This document shows, piece after piece, positions 17,153 to 27,106 of a stretch of 52,275 nt of DNA. Each line of letters opens with the position of its first letter. Positions within the stretch are counted from its first letter, which is position 1. The stretch spans positions 1 through 52,275 of the forward strand of contig JAZMZX010000127.1 in NCBI GenBank assembly GCA_045586225.1, in the 5' to 3' direction. Under the pieces are notes generated by a model. The model did no database searches. It was not told the origin of the DNA and worked only from the letters and a program-made list of their open reading frames with translations. This stretch comes from Eubacteriales bacterium. GTDB taxonomy: Bacteria; Bacillota; Clostridia; Oscillospirales; CAG-272. The position numbers were made by a program, and so were the translations under genes.

Positions 17153-17210
17153 ATAACCTGTTGGTGATGAAATCTATAACCAAACGGAAATGATACAGAA
17201 GGAGATAAAT

Positions 17211-18569
17211 ATGCCTACTTCACTTATATATCTCGGCATTATGCTTGCGGTGATCGTTATATGGTTCGTGCTTATGAAGCGCCCGGTCTATGAGGCGGTT
17301 TTCATCAGCTTTGTGCTTCTCCTGGCAATAACGAACACCTGGGAAAATGCCTGGGGCTACATAATGGACGGACTTTCCACGTCGCTTCTTTATTCTATGG
17401 TGGCATTTGTTGCAATGTCTATCCTGCTCACGAAAACGAAGATAATCGACAGCTGCATTGCCGTTATTCTTTCTCTTATCGGCCGCATTACAGGCGGCGC
17501 GGGCTACACTGCCGTTATTGCAAGCGCATTCATGGGTGCACTTTCCGGCTCCGGTCCCGGTAACGTTATGGCCACCGGTGCCATCACTATCCCCGCAATG
17601 AAGCGCTCCGGATTCCCCGCTCATCTTGCTGCAAACATCGAAAGCAACGCAAGCTACATGGGCAATATGATCCCTCCTTCCTCAAATATAGTTGCCGCTC
17701 TCGGCGCATTCACCGCTCTTTATCCGACGGTTAATATGACCACCGGTCAGTTCTGGATCATCCTTTGGGGCATTGCTCTCTGGTTCGTTCTTCAGAGAGT
17801 GACAATGGTGTGGGCGTTCTGCAAATATTATAAGGTAAAGCCCATGTCCAAGGAAGAGCTTCCCGATCTGAAGGAGACCCTTAAGGCAGGCTGGCAGGGA
17901 CTTCTTCTCCCCGTTATCATTCTTTTGCCCTTCCTTCTCGATTATCTCTTCAAGGATAATTTCTTCACCGACCGTCTCGGTGCCACCGGCGCGAAGTATC
18001 TTTCCTCCTCGCTTCTCCTCTTTATCGGAGGCCTTGCATCTATCTACACCTGCCTTATCGCAAAGGATAAAACCAAGGTGACCGTGCCCAAGCTGGCGGA
18101 AATGTTTGCGAAGGGCGTGAAGACCATCGCTCCCTCCATCGGCGTGTGTATCTTCGGATATATGATCGGCTCCCTTTTTGCAGACCTGAACGTTGCTGAG
18201 GAAATGGGCGCTATCATCACCGCCTGGAACTTTGGCAAGCTTGGCACAGTCATTGCCATTTGCCTTATCACCTGCTTTATGGGCATGGTCGTTCCCGGCT
18301 CGTCTCTCGTTGTAATATTCGGACCGGTGTTTATCTCCACCCTTGCGACAGTGGGATGCGATCCGATTCTCGTTGCGGCTATGCTCCCCTGCATCTGCGG
18401 CGTTATGTGCGGCATCACGCCCCCTCTGGGACTTGGTATGTACGCCGGTATGACCCTCGCTGAATCCGATTTCAGCAGCACCTTCAGGAATAATCTCTGG
18501 TGGGTATCAGCACAGTTCATTCTTGAGGTTGTCGTTCTTATGGGATGGCTCCCCATCCTCGGACTCTAA
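17211..18569 (+). CDS. DctM-like TRAP-type large permease family protein
   Basis: ORF trimmed to ATG 17211 (AGGAG RBS). IASAFMGALSGSGPGNVMATGAITIPAMKRSGFP...MGNMIPPSSNIV matches the conserved DctM core. Polytopic. Confidence 0.65.
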   Translation: MPTSLIYLGIMLAVIVIWFVLMKRPVYEAVFISFVLLLAITNTWENAWGYIMDGLSTSLLYSMVAFVAMSILLTKTKIIDSCIAVILSLIGRITGGAGYTAVIASAFMGALSGSGPGNVMATGAITIPAMKRSGFPAHLAANIESNASYMGNMIPPSSNIVAALGAFTALYPTVNMTTGQFWIILWGIALWFVLQRVTMVWAFCKYYKVKPMSKEELPDLKETLKAGWQGLLLPVIILLPFLLDYLFKDNFFTDRLGATGAKYLSSSLLLFIGGLASIYTCLIAKDKTKVTVPKLAEMFAKGVKTIAPSIGVCIFGYMIGSLFADLNVAEEMGAIITAWNFGKLGTVIAICLITCFMGMVVPGSSLVVIFGPVFISTLATVGCDPILVAAMLPCICGVMCGITPPLGLGMYAGMTLAESDFSSTFRNNLWWVSAQFILEVVVLMGWLPILGL

Positions 18570-18581
18570 GGAGGTACAAAA

Positions 18582-18875
18582 ATGAAAGCAATTTGCAATA
18601 AGATCGGTTCCTTTCTGAAGACCGTTTTTGGATACGGCATAATGATCTGCCTTTTTGCCGGCGGAATCACCTTCTTCGGTTACGTGGCAGCACTCATCAT
18701 CGGCGGCGATACTGCGGCTATGATTTGTGAGTTTATCTACAAAACGTTTATTCCTTACGTTGTGAAGACCTCCACCGTTATGGTTATCCTCGGCCTTGTG
18801 GCGATGTACCTTTGCGGAGAGATGGCTCTCACCGCAGACAAGAAGAAAACCTCCAAGCACGCGGGTGAAATGTAA
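18582..18875 (+). CDS. Small three-TM membrane protein, function unknown
   Basis: 97 aa. It starts 12 nt after the permease gene (GGAGG RBS) and is hydrophobic with a Lys-rich tail. Confidence 0.5.
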   Translation: MKAICNKIGSFLKTVFGYGIMICLFAGGITFFGYVAALIIGGDTAAMICEFIYKTFIPYVVKTSTVMVILGLVAMYLCGEMALTADKKKTSKHAGEM

Positions 18876-18880
18876 TAAGG

Positions 18881-18912
18881 ATGCCTTCCCGAAGGGGAAG
18901 GCATTTTTTTTG
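18881..18912 (+). terminator. Rho-independent terminator
   Basis: atgccttccc (18881-18890) pairs with gggaaggcat (18895-18904), followed by T8. Confidence 0.85.
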
Positions 18913-19025
18913 GCATATTTTCGGAAATGCTCGCCAAGGACATATTTTTGTGATATAATGAAGGATAGCAAATAAAAAACAAACTGTCAGAAAACAAACA
19001 GCATTAATTTCAGGAGAAAAACAAA

Positions 19026-19889
19026 ATGAGCAATAAGATACTGATCGCGGCGGACAGCACCTGCGATCTCAATGAAGAGCTGATAGAGCGCTACGGCGTG
19101 AAGATACTTCCTTTGGGCATCAATCTGGGAGATAAGCTTTATATCGATGGCGTTGATATCGACCCTGAGTACATCTATAAGCACTACGAGGAAAAGGGAG
19201 AGCTTCCCAAAACCTCTGCTATAAATATCGGTGAATTCGAGGATTTCTTCCGCGCAGAAACGGAAGCGGGCAACGACGTTGTGTTTTTCACCATAAGCTC
19301 GGAAATGTCCTCCACCTATAAGAACGCGAAGATCGCGGCCGGAGAATTTGATAACGTGTACGTTGTGGACACGAGAAACCTTTCCACCGGAGGTGGCCTC
19401 CTTGTTGTTTCCGCCGGTGAAATGGTGAAGGAGGGCAAGAGCGCCCGCGAGATCGCGGAGGCATGCGAAAAGATCGCGCCCCGTGTGGACGCTTCCTTCG
19501 TTATCGACGATCTTGAATTTCTTTATAAGGGCGGCAGATGCTCCGCACTGGCCGCTTTCGGCGCAAACCTGCTTCAGCTGAAGCCCTGCATCGTCGTGAG
19601 AAACGGAAAAATGACCGTTGGCAAAAAGTATCGCGGCAAATTTGCCATGACGCTGAAAAAATACGTTGCCGATCAGATCGGCGACGCCTCGGATATCGAG
19701 CTTGACAGGATCTTCGTTACACACGCAGGCTGCGACGAGGAGATCTATCAGCAGTGTATTGATTCCGTGAAGGAGCTTGCCTCCTTCGGCGAGGTGCATC
19801 TCACCCGTGCCGGCTGCACGATATCGTCTCACTGCGGCAGAAACACACTTGGCGTTCTTTTCATACGTAAAACGCCTATAACCGACTAA
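19026..19889 (+). CDS. DegV-family fatty-acid-binding protein
   Basis: ILIAADSTCDLNEEL...KILPLGI...DG.D and the typical ~285-aa DegV layout. Confidence 0.9.
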   Translation: MSNKILIAADSTCDLNEELIERYGVKILPLGINLGDKLYIDGVDIDPEYIYKHYEEKGELPKTSAINIGEFEDFFRAETEAGNDVVFFTISSEMSSTYKNAKIAAGEFDNVYVVDTRNLSTGGGLLVVSAGEMVKEGKSAREIAEACEKIAPRVDASFVIDDLEFLYKGGRCSALAAFGANLLQLKPCIVVRNGKMTVGKKYRGKFAMTLKKYVADQIGDASDIELDRIFVTHAGCDEEIYQQCIDSVKELASFGEVHLTRAGCTISSHCGRNTLGVLFIRKTPITD

Positions 19890-19915
19890 ATTATCGACTA
19901 TCGGGAGCAAACGCA

Positions 19916-20641
19916 ATGCATGAGCACCACAGGGACAGAGTGAAGAACAGATTTTTGAGAGAGGGACTCGATGGCTTTGAGCCTCACAACGTTATAGAGT
20001 TTTTGCTCTTCTATTCCATACCCCGACGTGATACAAATGAGATCGCGCACCGCCTTATCGAAAAATACGGAAGCGTGGCGGGCGTCCTTGACGCAGATTA
20101 CGACGATCTTGTGAAAACCGATGGCGTTGGTGCTCATTCCGCATCCCTCATCAAGCTGATACCTCAGCTTACGAGGCGGTATATGACGGAGCTTGCTCTT
20201 GAGGACGGGTGCTTCAACACGGCACAGAAGATCGGTGATTTCCTCGTTGCCAAATATCTTGGCGAAACTATGGAGACTGTGTATATGCTGATGCTTTCAT
20301 CCTCATATAAGCTTATCGGATGCGAGCTTCTCCATCGGGGAAGCGTGAATTCATCGCAGATAACCATGCGTACCCTCATTGAAAATGCCCTTTCCTCCCG
20401 CGCCTCCATGGTGGTGCTCGCCCACAATCATCCCGGCGGGCTCGCTATCCCTTCCTCGGACGATATCAACACCACCCGTCTTATGCACGAGGCTCTGTCC
20501 CTTGTGGACGTAAGGCTTCTTGAGCATTTCGTGGTCGCAGAAGGGAAGTATATGCCCATAATGTCCAGAGCAGGCGCTCTCGGCAGGCTGAATCAGTCGC
20601 TGGGCGAGGCCGAGCTCGACCGATTCTACGGAGAGCTTTGA
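19916..20641 (+). CDS. radC: RadC-family JAB/MPN-domain protein
   Basis: N-terminal HhH-like region (HRDRVKNRFL...) and a C-terminal JAMM motif (VLAHNHPGGLAIPSSDD). Confidence 0.88.
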   Translation: MHEHHRDRVKNRFLREGLDGFEPHNVIEFLLFYSIPRRDTNEIAHRLIEKYGSVAGVLDADYDDLVKTDGVGAHSASLIKLIPQLTRRYMTELALEDGCFNTAQKIGDFLVAKYLGETMETVYMLMLSSSYKLIGCELLHRGSVNSSQITMRTLIENALSSRASMVVLAHNHPGGLAIPSSDDINTTRLMHEALSLVDVRLLEHFVVAEGKYMPIMSRAGALGRLNQSLGEAELDRFYGEL

Positions 20642-20788
20642 AGCAAAACATAAGGCGCTGTTTTTATGACGGCGCCTTTCATATTAAGATTTATTTAAGG
20701 GTATTGACAACGAAGGACGTATGATGTATTATATATGTGTACTAATACAGGTGGTACACTATGAGCTCGAAATGAAAGGAGCTGCACT

Positions 20789-23548
20789 ATGCTTGAAACA
20801 ATAAATCTGACAAAAGTATATAAGCCCAAAAAGGGCGTGCCCGTCACAGCGCTTGACGGAGTTTCTCTGAGGTTTCCCGAGAGGGGAATGGTGTTCCTTC
20901 TGGGTAAATCCGGCTCGGGTAAATCGACCCTTCTGAATCTTTTGGGAGGCCTCGATAAATATGACGACGGCGAAATAATCATAAAGGGCGTGTCCAGCAA
21001 GGACTTCACCCAGACCCGCTTCGACTCATACAGAAACACCTACGTGGGCTTCATTTTCCAGGAGTATAACGTTCTTGAGGAGTTCACCGTGGGCGCGAAT
21101 ATCGCCCTTGCCCTTGAGCTTCAGGGCAAAAAAGCCACAGACGAGGAGATAAACCGTATTCTTCACGAGGTGGACCTTGTGGGCTACGGCTCAAGAAAGC
21201 CCAACGAGCTTTCGGGCGGTCAGCTGCAGAGAGTTGCCATTGCACGCGCCCTTGTGAAGAATCCCGAGATAATCATGGCCGATGAGCCCACCGGCGCCCT
21301 TGACTCCAACACGGGCAAGCAGGTGTTCGACACGCTTAAGAGGCTTTCGGCAAATAAGCTCGTTATCATCGTTTCACACGACAGAGAATACGCAGAGCAC
21401 TATGCGGACCGTATTATCGAGCTTTCCGACGGCAAGGTAAAAAGCGACGTTGAGTATTTTCCCGAGGATAACGGCGTGGAGGAGATAACGTATGCGGGCG
21501 ACGTTGTGACTATCCCCGACGGCTATCACCTGACCGAGGAGGACAGGATCGCCATCAATGAGCATATCGACCGTATCAAAAGCGGAGTGAAGCTCCATTT
21601 TTCGGGGCTGAAAAAGAAGTTCCGCCCCACGGACGAAAGCGATATCCCCGCGCAGGACCCCAAATCCTTTGCTCTCATCAAATCAAAGCTTCCGCTTAAA
21701 TCTGCATTCCGCATAGGCAAAAGCAGCCTGAAATATAAAAAATTCCGCCTTGCCGTAACGATAATGCTTTCCGTTGTGGCATTCACCCTTTTTGCGCTTG
21801 TTGATACCTTCAGCGCATACGATCACATTAAGGTGTGCACGAATTCTCTCGTGGATTCAAGCATATCCTATGCGTCTGTGAGAAAATCCGGCCTCCGCGG
21901 AGAGGGCATGGACAGCTACTGGACCACCTGGGGCTATAAGCTCACACGTGAGGACGTGGCCGAGATCTCGGAGGCCACCGGCGTGAAGCTGCGCGGCGTT
22001 TATAAGCCGGACGAGGATCGCATCGATTTCGAAAGGCACATTGATTACGATCAGTCCCTCTATACCGAAAGCAATTATATGATCCACACCTTCCGTTTAT
22101 CCGGCTTTGCGGAGCTCACCGAAGGGGACATCAATGACCTTGGTTATGAGATCGTTGCAGGCAAGCTTCCAGACGGAGGAAAGGACGAGATCGCTATAAC
22201 GAAGTACGTTTTCGAGACCTTTAAGATCGGCGGCTACAGAAGCGTTTCCGATGAGGGCATCGGCGAGCTTCAGAAGATAAAGGAGCCCTCCGATATGGTG
22301 GGCAAAACACTGGTTATCAGCGAGGTGGAATACACCGTCACCGGCGTTGTGGACACTAAATTCGACCTTTCCAGATACGAGATCCTCACGGAAAGCACCG
22401 AGGGCGACTCTACCTCCGATATGCTCGTTAACTATTTCCTCTATAACGAGCTTGACGCTGCACAGAACTACAGCCTGAATGCAGCGGCTATCGTGGGCGA
22501 GGGAGCGATCGACCGATTCCTTGCCAACGAGCCCGTCACCGTTCCTCTGCGCCAGTCATACTGTAACTTCTATTCCAATTCGACGGCAGGCAATTACTCC
22601 TATATCGACCCGATCCGTATCGGTAAGCTTGCAGACCTGGATCTTTCCACCGTGCTTTGGTGCGACGGAAAGCCCCGCACCGAGCTTCTTGAAAATGAGA
22701 TCATCGTAACAACGGATTGCCTCTATTCCGACTCCTTCTATCTTGAGGGCAGCGAGATCGTGGACGGCGGCATTATCACCGAGGACGGGGAATTCATTGA
22801 ATTTGATTATTCCGTGTTCTTCGATCAGGAGTTCGACGGCTACGCATCCTCTCCCTCTGAGGGGTGGCACGAGATCAGTGGATATAAGGTCGTGGGCATT
22901 GTGAACGTGGCAGAGCATCCCGACACCTCTCCCTCTTCCATATATACCTGTGATGCATTCTACGAGGAAATGACGGCAGGTGCAGACGGTGAATTCGAGT
23001 ATGCCGTTGGCGCTATGCCCGAATCCAGAGCCGAGATCGAAAAGCTGGTGAAATACTGCTACCGCGACGACACGGATATCCGCTTCCCCCTTCAGAATGC
23101 GGTGACGTTTGAGCTGGACACTGTTGACGAGACCCTGAACGCACTTTCTGCCGTGTTCATCTGGATCGGTGTGGGATTTGCGGTGTTTGCATCGGTGATG
23201 CTTGCAAACTTCATCGGCACCAGTATCGCCTATAAGAAGCAGGAGATCGGTATCCTCCGCGCTATCGGCTCCAGAAGCAACGACGTTTTCCGTATATTCT
23301 TCTCCGAAAGCTTTATCATCGCTATGATAAACTTCATTATAACGGCGGTGGCTACCTTCGCCATAACAACGGCGGTGAATATGTACGTCCGCGAGAATAT
23401 CGGACTTCTCATCACGGTGCTCACCTTCGGCATAAGACAGATACTTCTTGTTTTTGCGGTTTCCATTGGCGTTGCGGCTGTTTCCAGCTATCTGCCCGTT
23501 AAGAAGATCGCATCCAAGCGCCCCATCGACGCTATCAGAGACAGATAA
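20789..23548 (+). CDS. Fused ABC transporter ATPase + FtsX/MacB-type permease with large extracytoplasmic domain
   Basis: Walker A GKSGSGKST, signature LSGGQLQRV, Walker B IIMADEPTGALD. TM near aa 320, then about 450 aa of non-hydrophobic sequence, then a C-terminal FtsX-like TM bundle (ILRAIGSRSNDVFRIF...). Confidence 0.88.
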   Translation: MLETINLTKVYKPKKGVPVTALDGVSLRFPERGMVFLLGKSGSGKSTLLNLLGGLDKYDDGEIIIKGVSSKDFTQTRFDSYRNTYVGFIFQEYNVLEEFTVGANIALALELQGKKATDEEINRILHEVDLVGYGSRKPNELSGGQLQRVAIARALVKNPEIIMADEPTGALDSNTGKQVFDTLKRLSANKLVIIVSHDREYAEHYADRIIELSDGKVKSDVEYFPEDNGVEEITYAGDVVTIPDGYHLTEEDRIAINEHIDRIKSGVKLHFSGLKKKFRPTDESDIPAQDPKSFALIKSKLPLKSAFRIGKSSLKYKKFRLAVTIMLSVVAFTLFALVDTFSAYDHIKVCTNSLVDSSISYASVRKSGLRGEGMDSYWTTWGYKLTREDVAEISEATGVKLRGVYKPDEDRIDFERHIDYDQSLYTESNYMIHTFRLSGFAELTEGDINDLGYEIVAGKLPDGGKDEIAITKYVFETFKIGGYRSVSDEGIGELQKIKEPSDMVGKTLVISEVEYTVTGVVDTKFDLSRYEILTESTEGDSTSDMLVNYFLYNELDAAQNYSLNAAAIVGEGAIDRFLANEPVTVPLRQSYCNFYSNSTAGNYSYIDPIRIGKLADLDLSTVLWCDGKPRTELLENEIIVTTDCLYSDSFYLEGSEIVDGGIITEDGEFIEFDYSVFFDQEFDGYASSPSEGWHEISGYKVVGIVNVAEHPDTSPSSIYTCDAFYEEMTAGADGEFEYAVGAMPESRAEIEKLVKYCYRDDTDIRFPLQNAVTFELDTVDETLNALSAVFIWIGVGFAVFASVMLANFIGTSIAYKKQEIGILRAIGSRSNDVFRIFFSESFIIAMINFIITAVATFAITTAVNMYVRENIGLLITVLTFGIRQILLVFAVSIGVAAVSSYLPVKKIASKRPIDAIRDR

Positions 23549-23590
23549 AGCGAAAAATTGCCCGTGAAACGGCATGACCGATGATATTAT

Positions 23591-24739
23591 ATGAAAATAC
23601 TGATAACAACGGATCTTTTCACCACCGAAACAAACGGCGTTGTAACGTCGGTGAAAAATCTATATAACGAATTGAAGCACAAGGGACATGACGTGCGCAT
23701 ACTCACCTTGTCGGATACGGTTCACAGCCATAAGGAAGACGGCGTGTACTATATCCGTTCGATGCCGCTGGGCATCTATCCCGAGGTGAGGATGCCCCTG
23801 TCGTACCGCCACAGGCTCATCAGAGAGCTGATAGAATGGGAGCCCGACGTGATCCACAGTCAGTGTGAATTTTTCAGCTTTCAATATGCGAAGCGTATTT
23901 CAAGGCTGACGGGCGCCCCCATTGTGCACACGTATCACACACTCTACGAGCAGTACGTGACCTATATTATGCCCAGCCGCCGTATCGGAAAGCACGTTGT
24001 GCGCATATTCTCGAAAAAGCGGCTCAAGAGAGTGGATAAGGTCATAGCGCCCACCCGTAAGGTGGAAAACGCGCTCAGGGGATATAAGCTGAAAAACGAC
24101 GTTTGCATTATTCCCAGCGGTATTTCTCTGGAGCAGCATAAAATGCGCATCACGGAGGAAGAACGCAGGGCAAAACGAAACGCCATCGGTATCTCCGACG
24201 ATAAAACGGTGCTTATCAATCTCGGAAGGCTTGGCACGGAGAAAAATCTTTCTGAAATCGTGAAGATGTTCGCAAAGGCACACAGCATAAACGATAAGCT
24301 GATGCTTCTGATCGTCGGCGACGGACCTGCCAGGTCTCAGCTTGAAAAAGAGGCGGAAAGCCTGGAGATATCCGATTCCGTTATTTTCACCGGAATGGTG
24401 TCGCCGGAGGAGGTGCATGAGTATTATCAGCTTGGAGACGTTTTTGTCAGCGCTTCCACAAGCGAGACTCAGGGGCTCACCTATATCGAGGCTGCCGCCA
24501 ACGGTCTGCCGCTTATCTGCAGGAAGGACCCCTGCCTTGAAGAGGTGCTGAAGCACGGTAAAAACGGCTTTGAATACACCTCCGAGGAGGAATTCCTCAG
24601 CGCTATCGCAACCGCACTCAGCGATCCCCAGTGGACTGTGATGGCAGGCAGGATCAGCGAGGAGATATCCTCATCCTTCGATAAAGCGAATTTCTGCGAT
24701 TCTGTGGAGGCGGTATACAGATCGGTGCCTCGGAAATAA
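23591..24739 (+). CDS. GT4-family (GT-B) glycosyltransferase, glycolipid-synthase-like
   Basis: N-terminal MKILITTDLF...NGV and an E-x7-E motif (ETQGLTYIEAAANGLP). Confidence 0.8.
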   Translation: MKILITTDLFTTETNGVVTSVKNLYNELKHKGHDVRILTLSDTVHSHKEDGVYYIRSMPLGIYPEVRMPLSYRHRLIRELIEWEPDVIHSQCEFFSFQYAKRISRLTGAPIVHTYHTLYEQYVTYIMPSRRIGKHVVRIFSKKRLKRVDKVIAPTRKVENALRGYKLKNDVCIIPSGISLEQHKMRITEEERRAKRNAIGISDDKTVLINLGRLGTEKNLSEIVKMFAKAHSINDKLMLLIVGDGPARSQLEKEAESLEISDSVIFTGMVSPEEVHEYYQLGDVFVSASTSETQGLTYIEAAANGLPLICRKDPCLEEVLKHGKNGFEYTSEEEFLSAIATALSDPQWTVMAGRISEEISSSFDKANFCDSVEAVYRSVPRK

Positions 24740-24919
24740 AAAGCACGGCGTACGAAGCTTCCCGTAAGAAAGTGATAAAGAATCGGCAGAGAAGTTGTTT
24801 TCTCTGCCGATCTGTGTTATAATGGGTTTGACGTATAGCCGGTGCGCCTTCGGGTGCGATGCCGGAACGATAAACTTGAATTTGCCGAGGCGATAAAAGT
24901 GAAATATCACAGGAAAAAA

Positions 24920-25123
24920 ATGATAGTGCCGATATTGGTCACTGTCGTTATCGTATTATATTACGTTGTTTACTTTGGCTTTTTGATCTCACTGTTCGAT
25001 ACGGTGTGGAAATATGCTTTCGGCATTCTTCCGCTGGCGCTTTCGGCAGTAATGATCAAGGTTTGTATAGAAAGAATAAATGAGATCAGGAGAGGTGAAG
25101 AGGATGATCTTAGTAAATACTGA
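24920..25123 (+). CDS. Small two-TM membrane protein
   Basis: ORF 24842..25123 trimmed to ATG 24920 (MIVPILVTVVIVLYYVVYFGF...). It overlaps the next gene by 20 nt. Confidence 0.45.
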   Translation: MIVPILVTVVIVLYYVVYFGFLISLFDTVWKYAFGILPLALSAVMIKVCIERINEIRRGEEDDLSKY

Positions 25124-25421
25124 TTACATCAGCGGAAAAGAGCTGGAGACCCTTACGCTTGTAAAGGGCAGCACGATTCAGTCAAAGCATATCGGAAAGG
25201 ATATCGCACAAAGCTTCAAGACTCTGGTGGGCGGAGAGCTGAAAGCCTACAACGAAATGATGAACGAAGCAAGAGCTCTTGCCACCAAGAGAATGGTGGA
25301 GGAAGCGCAAGCGCTGGGCGCGGATGCCGTCGTGAACATTCGTTATGCCTCCTCTGCTATTATGCAGGGCGCCGCAGAGGTCATCGTTTACGGTACCGCG
25401 GTCAAATTTGTAAGTAAGTAA
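25104..25421 (+). CDS. YbjQ/UPF0145-family protein
   Basis: ORF trimmed to ATG 25104 (GAGG upstream). MILVNTDYISGKE...VKGSTIQSKHIGKDI...GGE...Y..M..EAR..A..RM.EEA..LGADAVVNIRY is the classic YbjQ pattern. 105 aa. Confidence 0.85.
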   Translation: MILVNTDYISGKELETLTLVKGSTIQSKHIGKDIAQSFKTLVGGELKAYNEMMNEARALATKRMVEEAQALGADAVVNIRYASSAIMQGAAEVIVYGTAVKFVSK

Positions 25422-25450
25422 GCCATTCCCATATACCGAGAATAAACGAA

Positions 25451-25486
25451 CCCCGACGGAGAAAGCTCCGTCGGGGCTGCTTTTTT
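25451..25486. terminator. Rho-independent terminator between convergent genes
   Basis: ccccgacggag (25451-25461) pairs with ctccgtcgggg (25466-25476), followed by a T-run. Confidence 0.8.
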
Positions 25487-25525
25487 ATAACGGGTAATCA
25501 TCCAAATGAGAAGTCACGCCACCGT

Positions 25526-26260
25526 TTATACGGCGAAGCCGCCATCCACAGAAAGGACCTGCCCCGTGATAAATGAGGCTTTTTCGGAGGCGAGGAAAAG
25601 GATGGCGTCTGCCACCTCATAAGGCTCGCCGATGCGGCAAAGAGGAGTTTCCTCTGCCAGGGCAGCCACGTCCTCATCGCTGAGGCGGGAGTTCATTTCC
25701 GTGTTTATCACACCCGGGGCAACGCAGTTAACACGGATGCCCGAGGGGCCAAGCTCCTTTGCGAGAGCCTTCGTCAGCCCGATAACGCCTGCCTTTGCCG
25801 CGGAATAAACAGCTTCGCAGGAGGCGCCCGTGATGCCCCACATGGATGAAACGTTTATGATGGCGCCGGCGTGCGCCTTCACCATAAGGGAGGCTGCGGC
25901 GCGGCAGCAGTTGAAGGTGCCGTCCATGTCAACGGACATGATAAAGCGGTATTTTTCGTCGCTGACGTCGGTGAGAAGGTCGAAGCCTGCAACACCTGCG
26001 TTATTAATAAGCACGTCCACACCGCCGAATTTTTCGGCAGCAAAGGCCATGAGCGCATCGGCATCGTTGCTGCGGGATACGTCGGCGCAGAAGGGAAGCG
26101 CGCTTGCGCCCTCGGCGGAAAGCGCCTCCGCAAGGGCAACCGCCTCCTTTTCGGAGCTCTTATAGTTTATGATAACATTGTAGCCTGCGCGGGCAAAAGC
26201 GGCAGACACAGCGGCACCGATACCGCGTGCACCGCCTGTGACGACAGCGGTCTTTTTCAT
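25526..26260 (-). CDS. SDR-family oxidoreductase (FabG-like)
   Basis: TGGARGIG cofactor motif, NNAG and catalytic YSAAK. Start moved to ATG 26260 (GGAG RBS). Confidence 0.88.
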   Translation of the reverse strand: MKKTAVVTGGARGIGAAVSAAFARAGYNVIINYKSSEKEAVALAEALSAEGASALPFCADVSRSNDADALMAFAAEKFGGVDVLINNAGVAGFDLLTDVSDEKYRFIMSVDMDGTFNCCRAAASLMVKAHAGAIINVSSMWGITGASCEAVYSAAKAGVIGLTKALAKELGPSGIRVNCVAPGVINTEMNSRLSDEDVAALAEETPLCRIGEPYEVADAILFLASEKASFITGQVLSVDGGFAV

Positions 26261-26396
26261 GATATTCTCCATTTCGTGATGTCAGTTATAATATATCACA
26301 CTTTTCGGGGAAAATAAAGCCCTAAGTGCAAACGGCTTGTTTTGCCGTGGCTGATATGATATACTGAAGCTGTGATTTTCCTTTGGGAGGCTGAAT

Positions 26397-27020
26397 ATGA
26401 ACGACAAAGATAAGCTTCATTCCGGCGAGATATACTACCCCTCCGGAGATGAAATAATGAAGGAGCAGCTTGCCTGCCTTGAGCTTTTATACGATTATAA
26501 TGCCACCCGCCCCTTCGAGCAGGAGAAGCGGCAGGAGCTGATGAAAGGTATGTTTGCGGAGGTGGGGGAAAACTGCTATATCGAGCCGCCTCTTCGCAGC
26601 AACTGGGGCGGACATCACGTTCACCTCGGCGATAACGTTTATGCCAATTTTAATCTGACTCTTGTGGACGATACCCACATACGCATCGGCTCATATACGA
26701 TGATAGCCCCCAACGTTACGATAGCCACGGCGGGGCACCCTATCCTACCCGGGCTGAGGCGGAAGGGATATCAGTATAATATGCCCGTCACCATTGGTGA
26801 AAACTGCTGGATAGGCGCAGGCGCCGTTATACTGCCGGGTGTCACCGTGGGGGATAATACCGTCATCGGTGCGGGAAGCGTCGTCACCCGCGATATACCT
26901 GCCAACGTGGTTGCCGTCGGCAATCCCTGCCGCGTGGTGCGCGAGATAAGCGAGCACGACAGAGAATACTATTTCAGGGACAAAAAAGTGCCCCTTGAGC
27001 TTTTGGCTGAAGAAAAATAA
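26397..27020 (+). CDS. Maltose/galactoside O-acetyltransferase family (hexapeptide) protein
   Basis: Mac-type N-terminus (SGEIYYPSGDEIMKEQLACLELLYDYN) and hexapeptide repeats (IGENCWIGAGAVILPGVTVGDNTVIGAGSVV). Confidence 0.85.
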   Translation: MNDKDKLHSGEIYYPSGDEIMKEQLACLELLYDYNATRPFEQEKRQELMKGMFAEVGENCYIEPPLRSNWGGHHVHLGDNVYANFNLTLVDDTHIRIGSYTMIAPNVTIATAGHPILPGLRRKGYQYNMPVTIGENCWIGAGAVILPGVTVGDNTVIGAGSVVTRDIPANVVAVGNPCRVVREISEHDREYYFRDKKVPLELLAEEK

Positions 27021-27106
27021 GATTTTTCAAAAAATCCTCCGACGTAAGGGGTTGCTCGTTACGCAGGGTAACGTGATATCATTGTGCCGTAAGGAGGTGA
27101 AATGCT

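Noticed and set aside
19916-20641. RadC/JAB protein as part of a mobile anti-restriction or defence module.
   Set aside because: It is flanked by degV and an ABC transporter, with no partner toxin, methylase or integrase. It has the full-length housekeeping RadC architecture.
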